A stretch of 64,000 nucleotides of DNA from Monocercomonoides exilis PA203 (Eukaryota; Protista; Preaxostyla). The stretch spans positions 930,001 to 994,000 of the forward strand of contig LSRY02000038.1 of the NCBI GenBank assembly GCA_001643675.2. Direction: 5' to 3'. A program made the position numbers and the translations under genes. Within the stretch, counting starts at the first letter, position 1, and the number at the start of each line of letters is the position of its first letter. Positions 1-12,700 of the stretch are shown here, in pieces. The notes beneath the pieces were generated by a model. It ran no database searches and had not been told where the DNA came from. It saw nothing but the letters and a program-made list of their open reading frames with translations.

Positions 1-1849
1 TTCTTTATGATCTTCTTGTCATTCTTTGCATTTTTTGCCATCAACCTCGTCAGATGTAATGTACGTTAATTTTTCATGGACAGATAGAATGTCTTTTCTG
101 TTTGTTACAAGAATTGTTGGATAATCACTCAAAAGCTGCCAATTATACGGGGATACCAGACTTTATTGATAAACTTGAATCTGTTTATTTTAAATATTGC
201 GATTATAATTAACGATTCCTTCGAAGTTATCTTATCGAGCACAATATATTGACCAATCAATAAAATCATAAGAAGCCTTCTCATATTTTTCTTCGGAAGA
301 ATAATTTGATTAAAAACTGTTTTCTCTATTAATGAAAACATTCACCTTCATCTTCTTTTTCAATGATATTTCCTATCACTTCGCTTTTGATCAATCTATC
401 TTTCTTCGTATGAATATGGGATGTTCAATAAGCCGCTTTAATTCACCAGCTATAAATAATTACATCCACTTTTCTTTCTCTCCACAGCAACATCATCGCT
501 ACCAAAGCATTTTGCGGAACTGAAGGGTGTGCATTTGAACCTCTTTACTCTTCAACAGCGGATCATCCTGCTCTGCTTCAGAACTTCATACGGCTTCAGC
601 GCTCCGGCTATGCAGAATGGGGGTGAATGGGTATCTCTGAGAAATGGAAGTGGAAGAGGGAAGGAGCTTCAAGGCACATTGCGTTTATCTGCTCGCTTAA
701 TGACATCTCCAAGAAGCGAAGAGAGAGAAGCGCATGTTCAAATGGAAGAAGCAAAGAAGGTGGATTTCAGAAGCAAATTAGGCGCAGAGCAGAGGAAAGT
801 GAGGCAGCAGGAAGATCCAAAGGCGAAGACGAAGACGAAAGAGAAAGACTAGTTTTGCACATCGCAAATTCATACATTCGATGCAAAACTTGCACAGGCA
901 GCAACAGAAAGGAAGGGGAAGGGGAAGAAGATGGGGATAAGGAGGAGGAGAAGGAGGTGATGATGAAGGTGAGCATCATCAGGCATTTTTCTCGTTCGAC
1001 TGCACACTCTCATATATTCGGATGCACACTTTAAACACCACAGCCTCCTCGACAATTGCCACCCCTCTTTTTTCTCCCTTGCCACACACGCAATTGTCTG
1101 CCTCTTCTATTCTTGTTGGAACTTCTCCAGGGCCACTCAATCATTCATCTCAGCCACATACTCCTCTTCTCTCGCACAAAAGTCCATCTGCAAATCTTAC
1201 ACAAGCTCTGCCTCTTTATCGAACATGTCTTCTTCTTCCTCTCCTTCTTCTTCCTCTCCTTCTTCTTCTATTTCTTCCTTCTCGCTGCCACCGCTTGTGG
1301 GATACTTGGAAAGAACATATAATGCAATGCGGATGTATTTGTGAGCAGCAGCGTGTAAGCTACGAGAGATGTGTTTTAGCAACAGAGCATCCTTCTGATC
1401 TCTGAAGCATTTGTAGCCAGCTGGGGGTTCGGGTGGATATTAAGGAGGAGAAGGGAGAAAGAGGTATTTGACAGAGACATTCGAAAGGCTAAGAATGAAT
1501 GATTTTCAAAAGAGAAACTGAAAAGAGCTGAAACGAAGAATAAGCCCGTTACGACACTATCAACGTTTTGTTTTGATTTTCTTCCTGAAATCAAAAAACG
1601 AAAAAGGATTCAGCAGCAAATTATTGAAACCCCATTCCCTTTCTCAACATTTGCTTCTGCAAGCACAACATCTTCATTCACTTCTTCTTCATTTCCCATT
1701 TCTTCTTTCTTCTTCTTCTTCCTTCTCATCATCTTTTTCCCCCTTATCCTCTTCTGCCTCTTCTCGCTCCACAAGTTCTGCTGGCGTAAAAGCTGCTGGT
1801 GACAGAGCCACATCTTCCATCCTCAGCACCGCCTTCTCCATCCCCTTCT

Positions 1850-3321
1850 CTTCAGCTTCTTCCTTGCGTTAGATTGTGTAATCCCTCGCCCAATCACCTC
1901 GTCGTCTATTTTCGTTATAAGACGCATCGACTGCGGTGATAAAAACTCCATCAACACTGTCGCAGATAGAAGCAGCGAAAGGACAGACAGATTGTAACCT
2001 TCAAGAACGAATTCGCATCCACTGCAGAACAGATATTTGCTCTAAGATTTCGTTCACATCGAAGCAGCAAACGAAAGAATCTGCTCCATTTGCAAAACAG
2101 AAAGCATCTCCAAAGCCCCTCATCACAGGGATGTACAACAACTCCACTCAGCATATAGCGTATTACCACATCATATGCCCGTGGCGACAGCAGCAGCAAC
2201 GACAGCCGCATGCAACTCGAATTCATCTCAGCAGCCTTTCTTTACCGTCCATTACTGTTGCCGACGTGTATGATGCTGACAAGATCGGTGCATCCGAAGG
2301 ATCAATCGCAGGCGATGATGACAAAGACGAAGATGAAGAAGGCTTATCACCTCCTGCCATCTTCTTCTCTTCGCTTCTCCGCCTCTGGAATGGCGAAGTT
2401 AAAAGGCACGCTGTTCCAGTAGAAGAAAGAAGAAGAAAGAAGAATGAATAGAGGAAGAGAAAGAAGAGCATCTATCAAAGTTCGAGAATAACTTGGAATT
2501 TTTTTGTTCAAAGCGAAGATTCCGAAAGAGACAAGTGAAAATGTTCCCAAAATCTGATAAATCGGAACATTTTGTGAGAAAATTGAAGAATACAATTTTT
2601 CTGTCAGCTCAATAATTGCAGGATCTGTCTCTTTCTCACTATTCCCCAGCATTTCCATGTATCTATCTGTTTGTCATTTGTAGTTAAATGAATAACCTTT
2701 AACATTTCTATCATTTTCATTGGCAAAATATCCTTATTCCTCCTTCTCCTTCTCCTTCTCCTTCCTCTTCCTCTTCCTTCGTTCACCTCTTCGATCACGC
2801 AGAACCGGCTGATCTTCATGTCAGGAAAGAGTCCACATTCTGAAGTTTGTTGATTTCTGTGTGCCAAGTTGACGCTGCTCATGGAGCAGCTGAACTTGTT
2901 GAAGGAGTTGAAGGAGAAGGTGTTTGCGAGAGAGGTGAGGTGGAATATGTTGTGGTTGTGAAAAGTGAGACCGTTGATGAACGTGTGGTTGAAGAAGAGG
3001 GAGCTGACTGAGAGGAGAAGATAATAAAGAAAATGAACGAAGTGAATTCGCAGAAAAAACTTAATGGCTCTTTTTTCGTTTGAGAAGCGATAAAAGGATG
3101 TCATGAGATGAATGGAGAGAAAAGTGTTGGAGATAAAAGAATACAGCATGGGCAACATTATCAAATGGGGGATTCAGATGAAGGAGAGCAGAAACTAAAG
3201 AAAGATGGGCAGCGGATAAAGAAGAATGCCAGAATATCATTTCATAAGAATAATTAGGAAAGAAAAGTGGAATTGACTCTGTTGTGATCTTCGATTGTAA
3301 TTTCTCCTCCATTTTGTTCAT
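1850..3321 (-). pseudogene. Degenerate member of an uncharacterised multicopy gene family (left-arm copy)
   Basis: Fragmented ORFs 3061-3321, 2604-3164, 2347-2658 and 2223-2471 broken by stops and frameshifts. Mirrored copy at 23425-24900; diverged paralogue at ~18600-19260. Confidence 0.55.
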
Positions 3322-4879
3322 TGTTTTATAAAGTCGTTGGAATGAACTGCTGGAGCAGGAACTTGGTGATGATGTTTCAGATCAATAAATATAAAAAACA
3401 TTGCATCCAATTTTAAAAAAACTAATTATGGATATTAATATCTATCTGTATTATTTTTAAATTTATTAGTACTGTTCAGTTAGTCTTGAAACTTCTATTT
3501 TTCTTTAAATGATTGATTTTGCACTTTTTTAATGAACTTGATCATAAAAATCCATTTTCAACAAAAACATTAAAAAGGTATGTAATTTTTGTATATATAA
3601 ATTAAACAAATATATATTGCAGAAATAAAAGCTCAATATTCATGAAAAATCAATGTAACTCTTTGATCAAAAAATACCACAATTGATTCCATTTTTTCGA
3701 TTTTTGATCTTTTTTTATGATTTCAAAAAAAATCACCCATATAACAACGACAACAAACATAGAAGATCGGAAGAAGAATTAGAAGTTTCAACAGGTGTTG
3801 CATGCTGGATATGGTTTTGTTATTGATTTTTGATGATTTGAACTTTTTTGGATCGTATTATTTTCCTTCTTTTCATTTGTCTTTTATTTCATTCAGCATT
3901 TAACATACAATATATATTTCAATCATTGTGTTTGTAACAAATAGCTTTGATCTTTGTAATGATTTAATTTTTGTTTTTTATTGAAAATTCATAAATTTAT
4001 TTTTTTCCTGTGACATTCAATGACATAGTCAATGAACGATTGAAATTTCGGTAACAAAAAGAATATCTGAATATTTGAAACAATTTTAAGGGGATATCTT
4101 TTTTTATAACTGGAGTTAAAAGAAAAAAAAATATGAAGAAAGAAAAAAACAAGATTAAGGAAAAGATGAGAGAAGAAAATATTAAATGAAAGATGCTTGA
4201 GGTTTAATAGTTGAATTCACAAACATATGGAAATAGAACAGCCGCATAAAAAGAAGATAATAGGAAAGAAGTTGAAAGGAAAAAAAGATAAAGAGAGAAG
4301 AAAAAGAAAGAAGAAAAGATAAAGAAAGAAGAATAAGAAAAGAGAGAGAAAAGAGAGAGAAAAGAGAGAGAAAAGAGAGAGAAAAGAGAGAGAGAGAGAA
4401 AAGAGAGAAAAGAGAAAGAAGGAAAAGAAGGTTGAAGCATAAAGAAGAAGTGGAGAGAAGGAGAAGAAGGCGAGGAGAGAAGGAGAAGGAGAAGGAGATG
4501 AAGAAGAGGTGAGAAGAAGAAGAAGAAGAAGAAGAGCAGGATTTGAAGAAGAAGAGACATTAGCGAAGACATTTTGAGTTGAACATAAAGAAAATCTTCC
4601 ATTTGAAGAAGAAGAAGAAGAAGAAAGAGAGGAGAGAGAAAGAAAAAGAAAAAGGAAACAATAAAAAAAAGAATAAGAATGAAAAAGAAGAAAAAGAAAG
4701 AAAAGAAAGATAAATAAATAAATAAATAAATAAATAAATAGAAAGGAAGATAAAAAGATTGAAAGAAAGACTTCGAAAGGAAGAAGAACAAAGAAAAAAG
4801 GAAGAAGAAGAGAATAGGAAGAAGAAGAAGGAAGAAGAAGAAGAGGGAATCAAAGAAGTGCTTGGAAATGGTGCAGGCT

Positions 4880-6254
4880 GATCAGCAGAGTTATCATTCT
4901 CATTCTGTTTAGACTGTCCAGCCAGCATTCTTCCATCTCCAATGTCTCTTCCTTTGAGCGAGTGCAGCACACTTTCGTCGTCCATCAACAGCTCCTTCCC
5001 CTTTTCTCTTTCGATTGCTGCCTTCTCCTACTCCTTCCGCTCCATCTCCAGCGCCTTCTCCAGCGGCGTCTGCAGTTGCGAGTGCACTCTCGTGTTCTTG
5101 GGCTCAGCCACGGCTGTCGAACGAGCAGAAGACTCCTTCAGAGCATCTCTGCTGAGCACAGCTGTCGTCCTGCCAAAGTTCGGAGGCAGCGGATAATCGT
5201 CATCGCATTCGTCGTTCTTCCCTTTCTCCTTCGAAAGCATTGCCAGCGACGCTTTCTGCTCCTCTCTTTCTCTCTCTCTCTCTTATTCTCTCTCTCTCTT
5301 TCTCTCTCTCTCTCTTCTCCTTCTCTGCCTTCCTTCTCTCCACTTCCTCCACGGTTCTCAGAATTTCCTCTTTTCACGTGTTTTCCTCTTCGTTCGCATT
5401 TTTCCATACAAAAACTGCACATTTACCGCAAACACACTTCTCACAACTGCTGCTTCGCCTTTCTCATCAGCCACAATTCTTTTCTTCCTCAACAAAAGCA
5501 CTCTTTCCTTCGCATAGTACTCGATATCTGCTTCTTCCTCATGCACTCCACTCACTCCAAACACACCCCATTTCCTCCTCATAAGTTCCGCAATGCCTTT
5601 TTCTCCGCTTCTCTCTCTTTCTCCTGATGCACTCACATCGCCCTCTCTCTATCTCTCTCCTCTCTCTTCTTCCCCTCCTCCTTTCTCTCCTTCTCTCATT
5701 CCTCCTTCCTCTCTTGATGCCTTCATTCGCTCTTTGTCCATTGCTGCCTTCGTGCTCTGCTTCAGCTTCGCCTACAGAGACTGCAGATAGCTCGTCTTCA
5801 GTGTCTGTGCACCAGAACTGCCTCCAACAGACAGAAGAGGACCTGTTGAGAGACCCTTCCGAGTGAAAGGAGACTCACCACGCAAAGTGCCACCGAGGAA
5901 GAAGGAAGAGGAAGTTGAGAATGAGTTGGAAGAGGAAGTGGATAAATTTGCAGCAGGAGAGGAAGAAGAAGAAGAAATAAGAGATGTCTTTGGGGATCTC
6001 AATACAGATTCAGCTGCTTGCGACGAGTTGGTTGAGGCATTTGAGCTGTTGGCTGATCCTGTGCTTGCATAGCTCTTCACACTTCCTGTGTCACTTGCAC
6101 CTTTCTCTTCATTCTTTTCTGCTGCTTTCTCTTCGGCCTCTGCTCGTCTTTTATCTTCTTCTTCTCTTTTGCCTTCTTCTTTTGCCTTCTCAATCATCTT
6201 CAAAAGTGCTGCTTCTTCCTTCTTGTCTCTGTATTCAGCGCCAAAATGGACATT
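4880..6254 (-). pseudogene. Charged/Ser-rich protein gene fragment (left-arm copy)
   Basis: Mirror of 20481-21860. Reads NVHFGAEYRDKKEEAALLKMIEKAKEEG..., interrupted by TAG codons and frameshifts. Confidence 0.5.
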
Positions 6255-8221
6255 TTGGAAAAATACATTTTTCTTATTTTGAAAATGGAAATTTTAAAAC
6301 GTTGATGTGCATTCTATTTTGAATGGATTTAATTTCATATTTTGTATATTTGAATAATCTTTTCATTATAGATTATTCACTGGTTGATATTTGTGTTGAT
6401 AATAATGCTCAAGGATATAAACTTCTGGAATTCAAAATTATTAAAAGCAATTCGCTTTGCAAATGAATTTAAAATTTTTTCATATTGGAAGATATAATTG
6501 CCTATCCAGTATTTTGTTTCATATTAAAGAGTAAAATTTGACATTCGCTTGATTTCATTTCTTATTGGAAAACTCATTATTTCTTTCTTTTTTGTTTGAA
6601 AAAAAAATGCAAATCTTTTTATTCAGAAATTACATATATCCAAATAATCGAAATGATAAATTTCATTACGAAATTTTTATATCCCTTTGTTTGGTTTTAA
6701 ACTTATTGTTATTTGTAATACGAATTCAGATAAGATAATTTCAACATAAATGTTTACAACTCCTGAATCAACATTATCAACGAGAGCATGCCACGCATGG
6801 AATGAATTGAAAAGAATTGGTGGAGACAAAGTTGATGAGCTTTTATTATTTTTATTGACAAAGAACAAAGCAGCTGCTGATGTGGCAAATACAATTCGTC
6901 AACAATTAAATGGTAATTGTCAATTGATTTCAAGTGAATTGAAACCGATTTTTAATTGTGTTTTTTGGTTTTTTTGTTTTCAATGTTTCACTTTGAATTA
7001 TCAGAGTCTCTGAACACACTGATGAATGATCTGGCAGTTGTTTACAATGCCTCACATAAACACACACAGACAATGATTTTGCAAGCCGTTGCTCGTGATT
7101 ATACACTGAAAAAGCTTCAAACGTTTGGCTCCGATATATCAAGAGGACAGCACAGTTACGCAAAAAAAACTTTGCAAAAAAACAATGATCACATTATTCC
7201 TCCCCAAAAACCTACACTTCCAATGTGCAAGCGTGGTTTGAAAAATTTTTCAATGCTTTTTTTATGAAGATAATAATTCAATTTTAAAGGACTTGAAGAA
7301 GATGTTTGGCACAAAGGAAACACGTGGATGATAAATCATTCAACAGAAATGTCTTCATCAATAATTTGCAGTCAAAAATCATCAAAGCACTCAGAAGAAG
7401 AACAGTTTTTGGATGAATCTGCCTGGGATGATTTGATTTGCATATCATCGCATGACAAAAGACAGGAACAACCAAATAAAATAGGAGAAGAGTCATCAAT
7501 AATGCATCAGAGAATTCCTCCAAACGAAGAATCCAACTTTCAATCTCATTTTGACGATCGTTCAATATCAGCTGATTGCGAAACTGAACACGACTCTTCT
7601 GGATTTCGAAAAGAGAAAATTCATCTTTTAAAAGAAAATACAGAAACTTCATCAAAAGTGATTCAAGGGAAAATATTCATGACAAACAGAGCAAATGATT
7701 CTCCAACATTTATTGCTGATTCAATTATAAAGAAAGCAAATATTGATTGCGAAAATAATAGAAACATTCCGTTTCAAATTCGTTCTGAAAAAAATTCATT
7801 TTCTCCACCAATAATTCCTCCTAATTGTCTAACTCACTTTATTGATTCTTTGGATCAGAGACAAGAAGCCAATGAATCATGTCTGACAACATTAATGAAA
7901 ACCACTGACAATTCAAACACTTACTCACATGCAACATCAGAGACATGTCCTGCTAATGAATTTCATTCAAATATCAGTGTCTGCAATAAAACCTGTTTTG
8001 GAAATCTAGCAATCCAAATGAATTTGCCATCGATTGAGAAAAGAACAGATGAAAGTCACATGGAAAATCCAGATGGAGAAGATTTGACGCATATTAATGA
8101 AGAAAGCGTGGAACTCAATTCTCAACCAAATAAAAAGGACAACAGCAAAAACCAATCTGATTCAAAATGTCAAACAAAATTTCGCATTCACAATTAGCAA
8201 ACAAAAAAGTTATCAGAGAGA

Positions 8222-9125
8222 ATGGGATTAATGAATTAAGGAAATACATGTTATTTATCATAGTTATTGCAAAGCTTTTCTTCCATCATATCTATAAATC
8301 CTTCAATGATCAAAGAACCAAATTGCAAAAATTGTCTTTCAAAAAGGTTGTTGAATGTTTGCTCTCAAATTCAAGGGAATTCAAATTCTGTGGAGGAATG
8401 GAAGCCATTCCTAATTGACGAATGGGAATCATTCTGTGGTTTTGGAAAAAGAAAACAACAAAATATTTCAGAATCATATGACTTTCTGATGAAAGGGCTC
8501 ATCAAAGACAATGCATTTCGTAAGGATAATATTAATATTACCACTGCCAACCACACAAAATGCAAATTTTGTGGATTTTCTTCAATTGCACAAAGCACTT
8601 TCAACAATATTATCATCAATTCAAATTCAGTGGATAGAGGGTTGAAGAAATATTTATCGAAAGAACATCTTTCAAAAAACAATTCAGTTTTATGTGGCAA
8701 ATGTGGTAAACTAAATGAAGCAACAAAATGGACTGAGATTCGTTTCTGTCCACAATTATTTACAATTGAACACTAATGTTCATCCATGAAGCCATCAATT
8801 CCACCAAAACAATTATTCTTTTTTGTCAAGAATCATCATAGAACATTTGCAACTTCTTCAATTGAATTTCCAAACTCGAAATCTTCAGCTCATCTCCAAG
8901 CAAAAAGAAGTTATTCTTTTATTGGACAAATATTATTCAGGCAAACTGATCAATTCCATGGGCATTATATTTCATTTGTCAGAGATTCTTGCATTGATAA
9001 AGAATCCTGGTTTATTTACAACGATGCTTTCGATTCAAAAGTCAATGCTCAAAGTTGGAAACAAGCATGGGAATATTTATTTAAAGAAGGATATATTCCA
9101 TCATTATCATTTTTCATTGAAGATA
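8222..9125 (+). other. Ubiquitin-specific protease (peptidase C19/USP) domain inside the transposase frame
   Basis: Cys box MGLMN*GNTCYLS*LLQSF, QQNISE (QQD box), CKFCG and CGKCG zinc knuckles, CPQLFTIE, His box FHGHYISFVR and WFIYND. All are in the same frame as ORFs 7328, 8267 and 8786. Confidence 0.88.
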
Positions 9126-9294
9126 ACACAAATAATGGAAAAAATACAATTCTAAAAGGAGGAGCACTTTCATATATTCAACCATCTGAAAAGCAAACCA
9201 AAAAAACTTTAAACCAAAATGCACTTGAAGGAGCAGTGTTAAGAGCAAACAATGATGACGCATTTTCAATATCCTCTTCTAACATCAACAACCA

Positions 9295-9744
9295 CAGTTT
9301 AAACCGGATATAATCACATCGGTTTTTGCACAACTTTTTGTGAGTATATCCGATTGTGATTATACACGATGATGCTTTTCACAGAAAAAAATAAAAATAA
9401 ATATATAAATAAATAAATTTTAGGACGATTTTTTTCTTTTTGGAAATTCTACATAAATACACTTTTTTCACTTGCTTGAACAATTTTTATCACAAATACA
9501 CATTATTTTGACTTATTTGAGCACATTTTTGAAAAAGCGAAAAAATGATATTTTTGATCAAAAAATCAATTTTTCAATGAAAAAATCACCCATAATAATA
9601 AAAAATGTGATTATACATTTTCATCTCTGTGATTATATGCGATAAAAAATGAATGAAAAACAAACAAAAAATGTCGGTGCATCGAAAAATGTGACTATAA
9701 GCGAATGTGATTATATTCGGCGTGATTATATCCGGTTTAGACTG
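9295..9744. mobile_element. MITE with Tc1/pogo-type CAGT...ACTG termini (450 bp)
   Basis: 23-bp TIRs CAGTTTAAACCGGATATAATCAC (9295-9317) and GTGATTATATCCGGTTTAGACTG (9722-9744), one mismatch. CA flanks both sides. Internal GTGATTATA repeats. Excision restores the host frame (...NNHLPFKRNQK). Confidence 0.88.
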
Positions 9745-9783
9745 CATTTACCATTTAAACGGAATCAAAAATCAACTCTGATT

Positions 9784-12700
9784 GGCATAGGTGTAAATTG
9801 TACCACTTTCAGTTTGCATTTTTTCAAAATTCAAACACAACAGCGTTAATCTACACGATTAAGCCAAGCGATTCAAGGAGGGAAATTTCGAAATTCGATC
9901 AAATAATATTCAACAAAATTTTCAATTTTGGAGACCCATAATATTTTTATGATGATCACTACAAACTTAAAATTCGATTTCTTAACTCCTAAAAGTTCAA
10001 ATGAAATTATCTATTCAATGAAACAAGAAAAAATATAGTGTTAAATGTTTGTCATTGTGAATTTTCGTCTGTATTATTTTTTATGTTGCTAATTTCTATA
10101 AATTCAATAAATACGAAAAGCTACCGTTTTTAAATAATAAAGAGAATGCAACAATAAATTTTTTGAAGCAATAACGGAGGAAAACATATGCAACGTATGG
10201 TTAAAATTTTATATTGCTTATTAACTTTTTTTGGTAATAAATTTGTTGAAACTTGTATGATATTCAATTTTAGAAAGGAGGAAGGAAAAGTTGAATTGGA
10301 GAGGACGTGTTTAAAAGAATGTTCTTTGAAAGAGTTCACAGGGAAGCTGGATGAATGAATAGAAAAGATGTGGAGAATATTGAGGGATGCGAAGCTAATT
10401 ATAACGAGAAAAGGGAGAAAAGGAGGAGGATGATGAGAAGAAGGAGGAAGGTTAATGTTAAGAGGCATATGAAAAATGCAATGTTGAGGATGCAGCGGGA
10501 TGTCTTCGAAAGTTTTAAAAAAATCAAGACTTTTTATGGATAACCTTCAAACACTGTATTCTTTATTTTTTCTAAACCATATTGCTGTTTTCATTTTCAT
10601 TCCATTTTATTTTCGTTTATTGAGATTTGGGGTTTATAATTGTTTGTGCAAAATTAATTTTTCCTGTTTTTAACAAAGGATTCACAACAAGCTCGATTTA
10701 AACAATGCATACATATTTTATTTTGGCTTTGCAAAGCTGCTTGCGTTTGCAAACGCATTTGTAAAAGAAATGAGTGTGAATAAGCAAAAACTAGCTTTTA
10801 TTTAAAACAATTAATTCAATTATTCATCTTTTTCAAAGTTTTATTAATTAAAGATTAAATAATAGCAAAGAATAAATATCGCATCCAAATAATTGGAAAA
10901 AAATCACAAAGCTGGTTCAAAAAATTGCTTCTGACTGGATCATGACTAATATTCCACTCTATCCTCAGCGTGTGATTCGATATTTGAACCGCAGCGCTTG
11001 AATCGACATTTTTTTTCTTCAATAGCAATTATTAGAAACTGTGGTGAAGTTGGAACAAATATATATTCCAAGATTGAATTCTCTCTTTCAAACCTGGAGT
11101 TAACCCTTATTTTTGAGAGCAAAATAATTTCTCCTCCAACAGACATCACTCCAACTGCCCCATCATCACACTGAACAGCGTAATCGAATAAAGCGCACTC
11201 ATCCTAATCACGTTCACTGTCTTCCCTCTCCCCAAAACAGAAATCTTCTTTTCCCCAACACTGATTGTTGTCCCTTCGCTCACATGCCTCCCACACAGCA
11301 CTGTGATTGTCGAGTTCAGCTGCGCCTTGCTCGACCCCACTGCATGCCCCACTGAATTGCACTGCGCTGTCTCGTTCATCCCGCACAGATTACTCGCATC
11401 ACTTCCATCCACCCCATCACATCGATCTTTCATCCCGACGCTCAGCCATTCCTTCTTTTCTGTGTGCTGATATGCTCCATTACCCAATAGCACACTCTCT
11501 TATCATTAGTATTTGATGTGTACGATTCATAGAACGGGTTATTCGATGAAAAAAGATTATTTCCATCATAAAAGAACACATCGTGGCCATACGGAGTGGA
11601 AGCGTTGCAACTGCAATCGTGGAAAAAGAAGAAATAGCAATAAATGTTGTTGCTTGGAGCTGTTTGTTGGTTTGGATCAAAATATAATCCTCCTCCATAT
11701 GCAGATGTTGAACATGAAATAAATCGAACACTGCTCATTTTGAATGCAGCCAGAACATATGAGCAATACATGCCTCCGCCTCCATTGTTTGTCAATGAGC
11801 ATGAAGTGAAATTGCACTCAAACACACACGAGCTCCCTCCTTCTCCATCTTCTTCCCCGATGCACCCTGATCCAGGCACACTGAAATTGAACAACCTCAA
11901 CCCTCCCCCATCATGGTGAGCCTTGCACATCTGGAAGTCTCACCCACTGACAAGGGCACATGAACTTATTTGGTAAGCATGCACCCCTCCCCTGCCAAAG
12001 TTATGCGCTGTGCACGAATTGAACACGTTGCTCACAATCTTGATCGTCTTGATTGCATGGCACATGATTGCTCCCCCATGGTAGAATGCAGTGCAATCAT
12101 TGAATAAGCAATGAGATACAGATAGTTCTCCAGAATTGAGATTGTACATTCGAATTGCTCCACCATTTGAAGCATCATCAGTATAATCATCTTTGTTTCC
12201 AGTCGTTTTCGACCCGTTCCACTCGCACCAAGTGAATGTATTCGGTCCATTGTCAGTAATGCTTTGCCTCCCTGGAGTCAACTTTCCGTCTGAAGTTCCT
12301 TCACATTTCACATTTCTTGTTCGACAACACCCAACGAATGAGGTGTTTGAGGCTGTCAAAGAGGCAAAGGGGTTGTTGAGGGAAGGGACAATCCCTCCAT
12401 CATATGCTTTGCAAACTGATGAAAATGAACAGCTGTTCATCAGACATTTGGTTTGGATTGATGTAGTGGTTGAAGGTGAGCATGCATCAAGTGCTGTTGA
12501 GATATTGAAAAAAGTGAGTCTGGAGAGGGATACAAGAGGTATGGAAGGTGATGAAATAAATACTTTTGAAGATGAGAAATGCGATTCTCTCTAAGAAAAT
12601 TCTTCCTTTCCCTTCTCCCCCTTCCCCATGCCTCTTAGCGCCATGCCAAAAAATATCCCATTGAGCTTGAGTTCCCCTTATTCTGCCTCTTCTTCTGCTG

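Larger units (their letters stand above)
1..6254. repeat. Left arm of a large near-perfect inverted duplication (continues beyond window start)
   Basis: Reverse complement of 20481-26745. Position 1 TTCTTTATGATC pairs with ...GATCATAAAGAA ending at 26745; CCAAAATGGACATT ending at 6254 pairs with AATGTCCATTTTGG starting at 20481. The ORF track is mirrored. Visible differences are 1-bp homopolymer indels (~620, ~1735) and microsatellite length (~4330-4420). Confidence 0.97.

Noticed and set aside
4204-4988. Phe/Leu/Ser-rich 'membrane protein' ORFs (also 21747-22564, 33719-34782, 35428-37314 alternative frames, 50430-50925)
   Set aside because: They are translations of GA/CT/TTTA microsatellites in introns or antisense frames, not real proteins.
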